Positions 19,812 to 29,727 of a stretch of DNA of 64,000 bases are shown piece by piece. The position numbers were made by a program, and so were the translations under genes. Source of the stretch: a virus; the IMG/VR virus record IMGVR_UViG_3300021420_000016, positions 32,001 to 96,000 of that record; one strand, written 5' to 3'. Below the pieces are notes generated by a model, which worked only from the letters and a program-made list of their open reading frames with translations, was not told where the DNA came from and made no database searches. Position 1 is the stretch's first letter, and each line of letters opens with the position of its first letter.

Positions 19812-21260
19812 TCATCTTTCCACGCCGGTGGCCCCGCGGGCCGACTGGCGCAGGCCGACTGTGGACTGAACATCATCTTCAGTCAGGACGAGCCACGCCC
19901 ACTCGGCAGCTACGGTCAGGGAGCATGCCACCGCATGCGCTACGCGATCCTGACGGCGCCACTCGGTCAGCAACCGATCATTCTTGCTGGTATTGCACGC
20001 CTTGCAGGCTGGAACGAGGTTTGATTCGTGTTCCCAGCCACCCCGGGCGAGTGGGCGCACATGATCCACGGTCTCGGCTTCTGCGCCGCAGTAGACACAC
20101 GGGCCCGCGGCCCTCACCGCTATGTAGACCGCCCGCGGGACCGGTCCCGCGATTTCGGCGGCGGCCTTGCGGGCCCGGCGGGCGTTGCCGTTGCGGCGGT
20201 TGATCGCTGAGCGGATCTCGTGAGGTATTGACGCAAGACGGCAGCCCAGGCAGCGACGGTTCCGGCTAGTGAAGATTTGGCCGCAGTCATCGCAAGCTCG
20301 CTCAAATGCAGCGCACCTGAAGCACTTCCGCTCATGACCCGTGAATATTTGTTCGCACCCTTCACAGTTGCGCTCAGTCGATCGGCATGCATCACAGAAG
20401 CGATGGTTTCCCTTAAACCGCCGATCGCAACCCGCACACGTGCGTATATGCGCCATGCACATAAAACATCGGGGCTTGTTCCCCCGGAAATGTTCGCCGC
20501 AGGCGGCGCAGACTCGTTCGGTGAGTTGGCAAGATGGGCAACGCTTCATCCGACCCTTGAACCTCTGACCGCAGTCGATACAACGACGTTCTATAGCACT
20601 ACACGGGCCGCATAGCCGTTCATCTCCCCGGAATTTCTTTCCGCAACCGCCGCAGATGCGGTCAACTTGGACACATCGCTTGCAGCGTGAGTTGCGGCCC
20701 TTGAACTTACGGCCGCACCCTTCACATGCGCGCTCCGTGGCACTACAGGGTCCACAGCGAAGAACTGGCCCCTTAAAGATCCGGCCGCAGTCAGTACAGG
20801 ATCGTTCGATCCGCAGACACCGCTGGCAGTAACGCTTGCGGCCCTTAAACCTCCGGCCACACTCCACACAGTCCCTTTCGGGCCGAGTGCAGCGGGAACA
20901 GCGGGTTTCAGGCCCAATGAATACACGGCTGCAGCCAGTACAGGTGCGCTCCTCCGTTCGGCGGCAAGGCCCACATTCAAACGTGGACCCCTTAAATCTC
21001 TGGCCGCATTTAGTGCAGTCTCGCTCTGGTACACGGCACACGTTGCACCTGCGCGACGTGCCCTGGAATTCATCCCCGCACTCAAGGCAGATCCGTTTGG
21101 TCCGGTGGCGACAGGCTGGGCACTTGCGCCCTTGGTCGCCACGAAAGACCTTGCCGCATGCGACGCACGTACGATCCGTGGCGCGGCAAGTAGGGCATTG
21201 ACGCGTGTGGCCCCTGAACCTACGCTCGCACTTTTCGCAGACTCGCAACCCATCTGCCAT
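19812..21260 (-). CDS. HNH endonuclease with 14 tandem C4 zinc-finger repeats
   Basis: 14 units of ERxCxxCGxxFxGxxxxCxxC, then CVYC..DHVRPLARGG..NLVPACKACNTSK; lower GC than flanks. Confidence 0.85.
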   Translation of the reverse strand: MADGLRVCEKCERRFRGHTRQCPTCRATDRTCVACGKVFRGDQGRKCPACRHRTKRICLECGDEFQGTSRRCNVCRVPERDCTKCGQRFKGSTFECGPCRRTEERTCTGCSRVFIGPETRCSRCTRPERDCVECGRRFKGRKRYCQRCLRIERSCTDCGRIFKGPVLRCGPCSATERACEGCGRKFKGRNSRCKRCVQVDRICGGCGKKFRGDERLCGPCSAIERRCIDCGQRFKGRMKRCPSCQLTERVCAACGEHFRGNKPRCFMCMAHIRTCAGCDRRFKGNHRFCDACRSTERNCEGCEQIFTGHERKCFRCAAFERACDDCGQIFTSRNRRCLGCRLASIPHEIRSAINRRNGNARRARKAAAEIAGPVPRAVYIAVRAAGPCVYCGAEAETVDHVRPLARGGWEHESNLVPACKACNTSKNDRLLTEWRRQDRVAHAVACSLTVAAEWAWLVLTEDDVQSTVGLRQSARGATGVER

Positions 21261-21310
21261 GAACGGATCGTATCAGCGAGTACCGACAGTTTCATGGAGG
21301 TGGGCCGAGC

Positions 21311-21811
21311 ATGGCGCTACCTGGCGGCCTGAACACCATTACGGTGACTGGGACTTATGTCAATGCTCTGGGTGCTGCTCAGCCTGGCACGGTTTCCTTT
21401 ACTCCCAGTTCAACGGTGACCGATGCGACAGGGGCGACAGTTCTTACCGAGACTGCGGTCACCGCCACCCTGAACTCCTCGGGCAACTTCTCTCTTGGGC
21501 CGCTCCCTTGCACCGACTCGGTCGGTCTTGTGCCTCTTGGCTGGTGCTACACCGTGAACGTCGCCGTCGGGGGAGCGCAGCAGGCCATTTCGCCGGTGTA
21601 CCTGCCGCATGCGCTCGGATCCACGGTCGACATGTCCCAGATCACCCCCGGGCCCGCAGCGCCGGCGCCGTCAGGGCTGATCTACCTGCCGAACGCGGTC
21701 AGCCCACCGACCGGTGGCCCGTCAGGTGGCGGCGGATTCCTGTACGCCCTCAACGGTGCCCTGTACTGGCAGGGACCCTCGGGCAGTCCCACCCTGATCG
21801 CGGCAGCCTGA
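21311..21811 (+). CDS. tail-associated protein
   Basis: GTVSFTPS..L...GNFS..L.CTD..P.GW.YTV motif common at the N-terminus of actinophage minor tail proteins. Confidence 0.55.
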   Translation: MALPGGLNTITVTGTYVNALGAAQPGTVSFTPSSTVTDATGATVLTETAVTATLNSSGNFSLGPLPCTDSVGLVPLGWCYTVNVAVGGAQQAISPVYLPHALGSTVDMSQITPGPAAPAPSGLIYLPNAVSPPTGGPSGGGGFLYALNGALYWQGPSGSPTLIAAA

Positions 21812-21815
21812 CCCG

Positions 21816-22244
21816 TCAAAGACGCTTCACTGCGTAGATGTGCCCGTGACGGTCGGTGGCGACCTGCCACCCTTCGCCGGTAGTCAGGTCGGGGATGACA
21901 ATTAACTCCGCCGGGGCGGTCAGTGGAGGCCCAGGCAAGACAGCGATTCCGGCTGGCCCGGGCTGCAGCAGTGGCGGCGGCGGCTTATATCCGGCCGAGT
22001 ACACCCGCCCGGGCCGACGGCCGGTGAGCAGACGGCGGACCGCCTCGTCCGATGCGCCGAGCGCTCCAGCGATTCTGCTTGCGGCATGGCGCGGATCTTC
22101 CAGGACGTCGGGGTTTTCCTGGATGTAACGAGCCACAGCCGGCCGCAAATTGCCATGGTTCCACCGGCCCCGGCCACCGGCCGGGGCTTCGGCCGGCCCG
22201 CCGGTGTCTTCCTCTGCCGCCGCCTCAGCCGGTTCGCCCATCAT
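21816..22244 (-). CDS. hypothetical protein (possible HTH)
   Basis: ORF with GAGG RBS; ASRIAGALGASDEAVRRLL. Confidence 0.4.
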   Translation of the reverse strand: MMGEPAEAAAEEDTGGPAEAPAGGRGRWNHGNLRPAVARYIQENPDVLEDPRHAASRIAGALGASDEAVRRLLTGRRPGRVYSAGYKPPPPLLQPGPAGIAVLPGPPLTAPAELIVIPDLTTGEGWQVATDRHGHIYAVKRL

Positions 22245-22447
22245 TTCCTCGCGCGCCAGTCCTGATTGCCGCAGCCCAACTCGGCGCACGCGCACCACGC
22301 TCCGCGGCACCGGCGGTGCGGTGGCGGATTGAACGCGCACCGGGTGCAGATGAAGAACCCCGCCGGCACGGGCCCCCGGATCGCGCGCAGCAGTCGCCCC
22401 ATCACACCTGAAGCCTAAACCCGCCCCCCGGTTTTGGAGGTATCACC

Positions 22448-23251
22448 GTGGCCAACCTGCAACGTGTCCCGGGCAAGCGGGGCAGGCTGCCCCGCGACAT
22501 CACCCGGTTCGCGCCGCGCCTGGAGCATTACGTGCACGGCCCGCTGCGGGTGAGCGGCCTGCCACCGGCGAGCGGGGTCATCGACCGGTGCACGAAAGTC
22601 GCCGACTGGCCCATCTACCTCAACGACCAGATCGGCGACTGCACGATCGCCGGCGCCGGGCACATGCTCGGCGCGATGGCCGTCTACGGCGGCCACGAAG
22701 AACCCCTGTTCTCCGACGCCGAGATCACCACCGCCTACTCGGCCGTATCCGGCTATGTGCCCGGCGACTCCAGTACCGACAACGGCGCCGACATGCAGAC
22801 GGTGCTGCAATACCTGGCGAGCGTCGGCCTCACTGACACCACCGGGAAGGTACACAAGGTCGCCGGGTACGCCGCATTCGGCAGCCCCGCCGATGAGGTG
22901 CTCCTCGCCCAGGTGCTCGACGTGTTCGGGTCGGTGTATGTGGGCGTGTCGCTGCCCGAATACGCGGAGCAGGAGTTCGCCGCCGGGCAGCCATGGAACT
23001 GGCAGCCGAACGCGCAGATCGCCGGCGGCCACTGCATCGTCTTGCAGAAGCGTTCCGTCGGCGGCACCGGCGTCCTGGACTACATCACCTGGGGTGCCGT
23101 GCAGAAGGCCACCCGGAGTTTCCAGTACAACTTCGCCGAGGAAGCATGGGCGGTGGTCTCGCAGGACTGGCTCACCGCCAACGGCGATTCGATCGAGGGT
23201 CTGGACCTGGAGCAGTTGATCTCCGACCTGCAGTATGTCCCTGTCGGCTGA
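22448..23251 (+). CDS. papain-like (C1-type) cysteine peptidase
   Basis: NDQIGDCTIAG, GGHCI and ITWG motifs; GGAGG RBS. Confidence 0.65.
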   Translation: MANLQRVPGKRGRLPRDITRFAPRLEHYVHGPLRVSGLPPASGVIDRCTKVADWPIYLNDQIGDCTIAGAGHMLGAMAVYGGHEEPLFSDAEITTAYSAVSGYVPGDSSTDNGADMQTVLQYLASVGLTDTTGKVHKVAGYAAFGSPADEVLLAQVLDVFGSVYVGVSLPEYAEQEFAAGQPWNWQPNAQIAGGHCIVLQKRSVGGTGVLDYITWGAVQKATRSFQYNFAEEAWAVVSQDWLTANGDSIEGLDLEQLISDLQYVPVG

Positions 23252-23252
23252 C

Positions 23253-24143
23253 CTATTCCGTGGCCCACATCGTGTCCGTGCCGTCGTCCAGCAATTTCCC
23301 GGCAACCTCGTAGCGCCGGGGCACGCTGAATGTCACCCGTGGCCCGTGACTGCCCTCTCCGGGCCAGACTGAAATGAAGTCCTGCGGATCGCCGCGGGTA
23401 TCGAGATACAGGTAGCCGAACCGCTCCTCGCGCACCAGGACGCCTTCGGTGATCCGGGACAAGTCCAGGAACTGGACTTTCCACCCGTTGTCGTCGCCCC
23501 AGTGGCAGCCCCAGACGAATCCGGCGGTACCGTCGGGCCACTCGTAGGAGTCTTTCCAGTGCGCCGTGCCGGGCAGGCTGCTGCCGTCGTGCACGTCCCA
23601 CCAGTCCGGGACGTAGAACCCGACGGGGCAGTGCCCCCAGCCGTCCGCCTTGCGATCCTCGGAGGCAATCACTTTGCCGGTGGCCAAGTCGATCACGTCG
23701 GTGGCCTGGTAATGCCGGGAGATGAGCGCGTAGTCCCGGTCGCCCTGACGGAACGGCTCGAACGGCGGCCGGCGGGGGTAGTCGCGCTTGTAGGCGGGCG
23801 CGTTCTCGATGGTCCCCTCGTCGTGCAGCGCGTCGAGGATCTGCACCTCGGTGGTCTCCCAGCACCCGGGCCGGGAAGGCGCCGCCTCCCATCGCTGTGA
23901 GTACCGCTCGCGTGGTGTGGGTTTCGGCGGGATCTGGAACATGCCCGTGGTGTCGATCTCCTTGATCCAGAACCGCTTGGTGTAGGCGCGCTCGACGACG
24001 TTCCGCTGATGCCAGCGGGCCATCTCGGCCTCGGCCTCGCCCTGGTCGGCCGAGTGGCCATAGGCGCTGATGTGGCCCTCGGTCAGGCCCGGACCTGCGG
24101 CGGACTCGCCCCAGATCTCATAAATGATCGTCATACCTTCCAT
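23253..24143 (-). CDS. hypothetical protein
   Basis: Protein-like composition from MEGMTIIYEIWG; GFVWGCHWGDD.GWKVQFLDLS motif. Confidence 0.6.
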   Translation of the reverse strand: MEGMTIIYEIWGESAAGPGLTEGHISAYGHSADQGEAEAEMARWHQRNVVERAYTKRFWIKEIDTTGMFQIPPKPTPRERYSQRWEAAPSRPGCWETTEVQILDALHDEGTIENAPAYKRDYPRRPPFEPFRQGDRDYALISRHYQATDVIDLATGKVIASEDRKADGWGHCPVGFYVPDWWDVHDGSSLPGTAHWKDSYEWPDGTAGFVWGCHWGDDNGWKVQFLDLSRITEGVLVREERFGYLYLDTRGDPQDFISVWPGEGSHGPRVTFSVPRRYEVAGKLLDDGTDTMWATE

Positions 24144-24200
24144 GCTCCCACGGCAGGGAACTGTCACGCCATGCCCCGCGAGTGGCCCCAGGAGGTCACG

Positions 24201-24857
24201 ATGTCGCTGTGGAAACGCTTCGTCGCGCTGCTCCAGTACGAACCCGCGCTGGCGGCGGCGATCGGGCAGATCATCGTCGCTGGGATCATCGCCCGCCATC
24301 ACCCGCTCACCTCCGGCCAGGCTGGGTCGATCGAGGCTGCGGTGGCTGCGGCCGGCGCGGTGATCGTGGGGGTCCTGACACGCCCGTTCCGGGTGCAGGC
24401 CCTCGCCGGCCTTGTCACCGCCGGGGGCACGTTGCTCGCCGCGTTCGCCGCGAACTTCTCGCCGGGGACGGTGTCGTTCTGGAATGCCACCCTGGCTGCG
24501 ATCATGCTCATACTGAGCGCCCAGCGGGTTACCCCGACTATCGCGCTCCGCGGCACGAAGCAAGAGTTACGTAAGTCCTGCGGAAACTGGAAGGCCGCCG
24601 CCTCTCCTCCGGGAGGGGCGGCGGCCTTTTTTTGTGTTGCAAGAGGGGGGCTCCCCGCCCCCGTGGACGGTTGGGTCGGCAGCGAGCCCCCCTCTTTGGT
24701 GCCTGCAGGGCAGGTGCACCCCACCGCGAGAGATCTCTTAACGCCGGCTCGCGGCCCAGCGGCCCCAGTGTCGCGGATCTTGGCGGGGATCCTGCGAACC
24801 GGAGGGCACCACCACGAGTTTCATCTGCCAGCTCGTGGCCCGGCACTTACATGGTGA
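24201..24857 (+). CDS. holin-like membrane protein (3' end uncertain)
   Basis: GGAGG RBS; four TM segments ending RVTP; the frame runs on through a terminator. Confidence 0.55.
   Translation: MSLWKRFVALLQYEPALAAAIGQIIVAGIIARHHPLTSGQAGSIEAAVAAAGAVIVGVLTRPFRVQALAGLVTAGGTLLAAFAANFSPGTVSFWNATLAAIMLILSAQRVTPTIALRGTKQELRKSCGNWKAAASPPGGAAAFFCVARGGLPAPVDGWVGSEPPSLVPAGQVHPTARDLLTPARGPAAPVSRILAGILRTGGHHHEFHLPARGPALTW
24591..24633 (+). terminator. rho-independent terminator
   Basis: AAGGCCGCCGCCTCTCC-loop-GGAGGGGCGGCGGCCTTTTTTT. Confidence 0.85.
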
Positions 24858-25441
24858 GACAGGCGCCCGCTTAAGAACAAGGGGGCGAACCGCTAGTTTA
24901 GCGGGCCCCGAACCGGTGCCGCCCGCTTTCCAGTGCCGGCGTGTTCCTGCCCCGCTTGCCCGTGTAGCCCCTGAACAGCCGGCCCAGGCTCTTCCATGGC
25001 GCCCGGCGCCGACTGCGGTGCTGGCCATCCCACACCGCATGGTAAACACCCATCGCATCCCCTCCCTGGCGGTTTCCCTCGTATGACGTTAAGCCTGCAC
25101 GGGCGGTGCACGCCAGCGACTGATTCGTCACTCTCCGGTAAGGCTCGGCGGGCCGGCGCTGCGGGTATCTACCGCAGTAGCCGGGTCCCTCCAGGTGGTC
25201 CCCGGGAGTTTGGCTAGGCGCCGGCCGTTCGTCGGCCTGCGCGCTGCCCAGCGTGATGGCGGCGGCCGGTGCCTAGCGTGATCTTCCACTAGCCCGCGGC
25301 GGGTGCCTTCCGCTAGCATCAGGGACAATGATGTAGTCACGCCGATAGCCTGACCAGCAACCGGCCCCGCCCCTCTGAGGTCCCTCCTTTCCCTTCGCCG
25401 GGAGGTTGCGGCCCGGGCAGGCGGGGCCGGTTGCTTTCGCG

Positions 25442-26905
25442 TTAGGTGTCCTGCTTGGCTTCCCACCACTCGATGTGGTCGCCCTTGGGTACCGGCCGGG
25501 TGACCATGCGCGGTTTCGCAGCCCGGACTGGGGGAGCAGACAGGTTGAACATGGCGGTCAGCGGGTAGGCGAGTTCGTCGTTGACCTCCAGCGGCGGCAA
25601 GCCGAAATTTTGCTCGGTGAATGCCAGGATGGACGTGAACGTCGCCGGGGTGGAGTCGGTGGAATCGGGGACCGCATACGGGGACACTGCGATGAGTGGC
25701 AGCCGGATACCTTCCGCGGTGCCGTCCGGGTCGGAACCTGGTGGCGGCTGGGAGTCGTAGAACCCGCCGTAGTCGTCCCAGGTGATGAGCAGTGCCGTGG
25801 AAGACCACTGCGGGCTGTTCATCACCGCGCTGGCCACCTGGCCTACGTAGTTGTCGCAGGCGGTGATCGAGAACCCGTTGTGGCACGAGTCGGCTGCGCC
25901 GATGGTCGCACCGCCGGCGGTGATCAGGGAGAAGTTCGGCAGCGTCCCTGCTGCGGCGTCGGTGAAGAACTGGCTCTCATCGACCAGGCTGCCGTCCTGG
26001 GGGGTGTCCAGGCAGGAGGCGAACGCCGGGCATGTCGACCAGATGTATCCCGAGTACTGGCCACCCGGGCCGGCCTTGTCGGTTTTGGTGGCGCCGTAGA
26101 TCTTCCACGACAGGCCCGCGGCGTCGAGCCGGTCCATGATCGTGGGCACGTTCAGCACCGGGGTGGGGCGGAACGCGCCGCCGTTCGGCAGGCCGAGGGC
26201 ATAGTCGGGGACACAGGACGGCACCACCTGCTTGCCTATGCCGGATTTCAGCGCTGGCCCCCAGTTCGCCACCTCGTTGCTGTCGCAGCCCCATCCCGGG
26301 CCGCCTGGGCCGCCGGGAACCTTCACCGGGTTGTTGGTGGAAAACCCGTCCGTGGTCGCGGCGACCGCGTACATGTGCCCGATCCACGACGGCTGGCTGG
26401 AGAACTCGAAGAACCGGTCGTTGATCGCGCCCGCATTGGCGAGGGCGATGATGTTGGGAATCTGCGCGGGGGTGTAGCCGCTGACGCAACCGTAGGCCGG
26501 CGCGGCGCAGGAGCCGGCCTGCTCGTTCTGCCAGCCGTCCATCTTCCCGCCGTCCATCGCGGCGAGTTGCGACTGCACCGTGTGGGATTCGGCTGGCACG
26601 ACATCCGGGCTGACCGATGGGGTGACCGCAGCACCGTTGGACAGGGTCACTGACGCGGGCATGGCATCCCCCGTCCCGCACCGGGGGGTGACGCCGTCCG
26701 GCATGGTCGCCGTCTGGCACCAGAACCCGAGGAGATGATCGAACGACTGGTTTTCCAGGTCGAGCACCACAATGTGCTGGATCGGGGAGGTGCCCGCCGA
26801 CGCGGGCCGGACGGCCTGCCCGGGCAGCAGTGCGGCCGACGACGCCACCAGGGCTGCCGGGACGGCCGCCCCGGCGAGCCAGCGTGTTCTGGCCTTAATC
26901 CTCAT
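25442..26905 (-). CDS. secreted phosphoesterase (phospholipase C/acid phosphatase family)
   Basis: Signal peptide; PIQHIVV..LENQSFDH..G, MDGGKMDGW, LITWDDYGGFYD, G.RLP.I.VSPY and FT.SIL.F.E motifs. Confidence 0.85.
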   Translation of the reverse strand: MRIKARTRWLAGAAVPAALVASSAALLPGQAVRPASAGTSPIQHIVVLDLENQSFDHLLGFWCQTATMPDGVTPRCGTGDAMPASVTLSNGAAVTPSVSPDVVPAESHTVQSQLAAMDGGKMDGWQNEQAGSCAAPAYGCVSGYTPAQIPNIIALANAGAINDRFFEFSSQPSWIGHMYAVAATTDGFSTNNPVKVPGGPGGPGWGCDSNEVANWGPALKSGIGKQVVPSCVPDYALGLPNGGAFRPTPVLNVPTIMDRLDAAGLSWKIYGATKTDKAGPGGQYSGYIWSTCPAFASCLDTPQDGSLVDESQFFTDAAAGTLPNFSLITAGGATIGAADSCHNGFSITACDNYVGQVASAVMNSPQWSSTALLITWDDYGGFYDSQPPPGSDPDGTAEGIRLPLIAVSPYAVPDSTDSTPATFTSILAFTEQNFGLPPLEVNDELAYPLTAMFNLSAPPVRAAKPRMVTRPVPKGDHIEWWEAKQDT

Positions 26906-26966
26906 GAGCGGTTGGGCCCCTAGTAAGGCTTGCTGCCCTGACCCCCGGCCTCTCGTGCTTTCGTTT

Positions 26967-27695
26967 CTAGCAGTGCGAGGCGTCAGGGGCGAAGATGTTC
27001 CCGTCGGCCGGGAGTGAGCCCCAGCTTCCGGCCGAGCCGTCCAGCCACTTGCTGGCGGCCTGCGGGCAGGCACTGTCGGTGCCGAACGCCAGAGTGTAGG
27101 TCCAGTTGCCGGTGGTGCCCAGGTACTCGGCGCCGCCGGTGTTCCCGGAGGTGTCCCAGAACTGGGTGCCGGGGGCGAAGAACTGCTCCACCCAGTTGCC
27201 GGTGCCCGGGGAATCCCCGCTGATGGACGCGGGCACCAGGGACGCATTAGCGGCCTTGGAGTTCGCGTAGAACTTGTAGTTGTAGGTGCCCGTCATGGGC
27301 CCGGTGAGGGTCGCGGTCATAAGCGGCGCCGGGCCACCGTTGAGACCACCCTGGCCGGGGGAGGCGTCACCGGGCACGGTGGTGAAGGTGCCGCTGTCCT
27401 TGATCTGGCCGGTCCAGGCGTAGCAGATGCCCGTGGTGAGGCCGGGGCAGTTGCTCACCGAGGTGGCGAAGTGGAAGGTGATCGTGGCCGTCCTGGTGAA
27501 GGCGTCCGTCGCCCAGTTGTTCGTGGTGCCGTTGCTGTTGGTTCCACTGTCGTCCCGGTTGGTGACACTGGTGGCGGCGGTGAATGTCGTGGGCGCCGCG
27601 TTCGCGCTGCCCGCCAGGGCCGGCGAAACCCAGATCCCGAGAGCGGCAGTGGTGGCGGCAGCGGCCAGTACAGCAGCCCTGAAACGTGTAATCAT
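26967..27695 (-). CDS. secreted hypothetical protein
   Basis: Signal peptide with AxA site; beta-rich; paired Cys. Confidence 0.65.
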   Translation of the reverse strand: MITRFRAAVLAAAATTAALGIWVSPALAGSANAAPTTFTAATSVTNRDDSGTNSNGTTNNWATDAFTRTATITFHFATSVSNCPGLTTGICYAWTGQIKDSGTFTTVPGDASPGQGGLNGGPAPLMTATLTGPMTGTYNYKFYANSKAANASLVPASISGDSPGTGNWVEQFFAPGTQFWDTSGNTGGAEYLGTTGNWTYTLAFGTDSACPQAASKWLDGSAGSWGSLPADGNIFAPDASHC

Positions 27696-27865
27696 GAGAT
27701 TCCTTCCCCCTCGGCGCGGAACGCGCCCGGATTTCGGAAATGTGCCCCCGGTGGCTGAGCCCGCCCCCCTGGGGGCTCAGCTTCACCAAAGACGCGCGCA
27801 CCATAATGTCATACGGCTACCTGACGCCAGGCAACTGTTCCCTTACCTGCGGGTGAGTCTGTCAT

Positions 27866-27901
27866 GTCGCAGTATTGACACGTACGTGTCAATACTGCGA
27901 C
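27866..27901. repeat. perfect 36-bp palindrome
   Basis: GTCGCAGTATTGACACGT|ACGTGTCAATACTGCGAC between divergent genes. Confidence 0.95.
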
Positions 27902-27910
27902 CGTGAGATC

Positions 27911-28612
27911 ATGCGGAACGTGACAATCACACCCCGGCTCACCACCGCCCTGGACCACGCCTGGGGCGCCATCCAGCAACACCACCCCGACGTCCCGGCC
28001 GTCGTCATCACCCTGGGCGCCGGCTCCCGGGCCCGCGGCCCGCTCAGGCTGGGGCACTTCGCGGAAAACCGGTGGCGGCGAGGCGAAGAGTCACTTCACG
28101 AGCTGTTCGTCGGGGGAGAGGGGCTCGCCCGAGGCGCCCACGACGTTCTCGGCACCCTGCTCCACGAAGCCGCCCACGGCGCCGCCGCGACCCGGGGCAT
28201 CCAGGACACCAGCAGGCAGGGCCGGTTCCACAACGCCCGGTACAAGGCGCTCGCCATGGAACTGGGCCTTGACGTAGCCAAGACCGGCACGATCGGCTGG
28301 TCCGCCACCACGGTCCCGGCCAGTACTGCGGCCTTGTACCACGCCGAGTTGCGGCACCTTGAAGGGGCACTTGTGGCCTACCGGCATCCCGAGGCTGGAA
28401 ACGGCCGCGGCGACCGGGCCAGCAGCAACAACGGGCTCGCCGCCCGGTGCGCGTGCAACCGCCTGATCCGCGCCTCGGAAACCGTACTCACGGCCGGGCC
28501 GATCACCTGCGGCCTGTGCGACACCAATTTCGAGCCGGCCGCCGCTCACCCGGGCAGCATGCAGAATTCCGCGACCAGCACCTCGGCCGCCGGGCACAAG
28601 CCGGGGGAGTAG
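27911..28612 (+). CDS. SprT-like zinc metalloprotease
   Basis: TLLHEAAH, QDTSRQGRFHN, C-terminal CAC..CGLC. Confidence 0.75.
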   Translation: MRNVTITPRLTTALDHAWGAIQQHHPDVPAVVITLGAGSRARGPLRLGHFAENRWRRGEESLHELFVGGEGLARGAHDVLGTLLHEAAHGAAATRGIQDTSRQGRFHNARYKALAMELGLDVAKTGTIGWSATTVPASTAALYHAELRHLEGALVAYRHPEAGNGRGDRASSNNGLAARCACNRLIRASETVLTAGPITCGLCDTNFEPAAAHPGSMQNSATSTSAAGHKPGE

Positions 28613-29178
28613 GCGTCAACGGCCTCCCGCATGTAGATCATGAGATCCAGCGGGTGACCCTCCTCTAGTTCCTCCGCCAGATCGGGTGCACCATCGGGCG
28701 CGGCCGCCACCACCTGTCCGGCGGTGCGGAGGATCTCCTCGCGCCGGGCCTCCAGCCACTCCTCCTTCGAGGCCACGTTCGCGAGATGCCGCCGCATCGC
28801 GGCCTCGGTGTGCTCGTCCAGGTCAGCCCTGCGAGCCTGGAGCCGCATGTACCGCGCCTGGGCGGCCTGGCGGGTGTTCAGCCCCAGCGCCCGGGCGGCG
28901 TCTCGCCAGGTCCTGGCCGCCTTGCCGGAGGAGATGAGGGTCAGCAGGGCCAGTTCCCGGTGGTCGGCGGTCACATGCAGCCAGCGGATCAGCCGCAGGC
29001 AGTCGATCACGTCCTCGGCGAACACCTTCGGGGGCACGTCCCGGTGCGAGATCACCCACCCGATAGCCCCCGCAGCGTCATCTGGCATGGTCTCAATCCA
29101 GTCCCCACCTGCGGCAATGCGCCGGGCGGCGATGCGCGCGATGACATCGGCCGGGTTCTCGGGAGAGGGGCCATCCAC
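28546..29178 (-). CDS. hypothetical protein with HTH
   Basis: TWRDAARALGLNTRQAAQARY. Confidence 0.55.
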   Translation of the reverse strand: MDGPSPENPADVIARIAARRIAAGGDWIETMPDDAAGAIGWVISHRDVPPKVFAEDVIDCLRLIRWLHVTADHRELALLTLISSGKAARTWRDAARALGLNTRQAAQARYMRLQARRADLDEHTEAAMRRHLANVASKEEWLEARREEILRTAGQVVAAAPDGAPDLAEELEEGHPLDLMIYMREAVDAYSPGLCPAAEVLVAEFCMLPG

Positions 29179-29202
29179 GGGGTGTCTCGATCTCTTGACG
29201 GG

Positions 29203-29367
29203 CTACAGCACCGAGACGGTGCCGCGCGTCTCGACGTACACCCGCACTAGCGAAGACTGGCCGCGGTCAGCGTAAGGTTCCGACACTGACACCACATTGA
29301 AGACTAGGCGCAGCCGGTCAACGGCTTCCCGGCGCTCGTCTTCGGTGCCGTGCAGGCGGATCTTCAC
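29203..29367 (-). CDS. small conserved actinobacterial mobile-element protein
   Basis: KIRL.GT..E..SVS.PY.DRG.S.LVRVY motif; coupled to upstream gene. Confidence 0.6.
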   Translation of the reverse strand: MKIRLHGTEDERREAVDRLRLVFNVVSVSEPYADRGQSSLVRVYVETRGTVSVL

Positions 29368-29717
29368 CGGGCTGCCCGCATGCGCTCGCGGCCCCGGCCC
29401 GCCAGCCGAGCCTCCACCGCCCGGCGGATTCCCGTGTGCCCGTCGCCGCAAGCGGGCCCATAGTAGCCAGGGTCAGCCTGCAGCAGCAGGCGGCTGGCCG
29501 CGCCGAGCGCCTCGGCGTAGGCCTCGCCGGCGTCGAGGGTCGCCCCGTATTCGGGGTCGCTCCAGAGTCGCGGCTCCTCCTCCTGGTGCGCCACGCCGAG
29601 CCGGCGCTCAGCTTCCCCCATGTCAGCGCCCGTGCGGCAGCGCCAAGCCGTGTGCGCGTTGCCGAGATGGAAAAGTGCCAGTTCGAGCTGCTGGCGCTCG
29701 TGCGGGGAAACGTCCAT
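29364..29717 (-). CDS. hypothetical protein
   Basis: GGAG RBS; overlapping stop/start with next gene. Confidence 0.5.
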   Translation of the reverse strand: MDVSPHERQQLELALFHLGNAHTAWRCRTGADMGEAERRLGVAHQEEEPRLWSDPEYGATLDAGEAYAEALGAASRLLLQADPGYYGPACGDGHTGIRRAVEARLAGRGRERMRAAR

Positions 29718-29727
29718 GATCTTTCTC

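Noticed and set aside
24560-24857. Programmed read-through of the holin-like gene past its terminator
   Set aside because: An out-of-frame TAA sits at 24572 just before the terminator; a simple indel or sequencing error is more likely.
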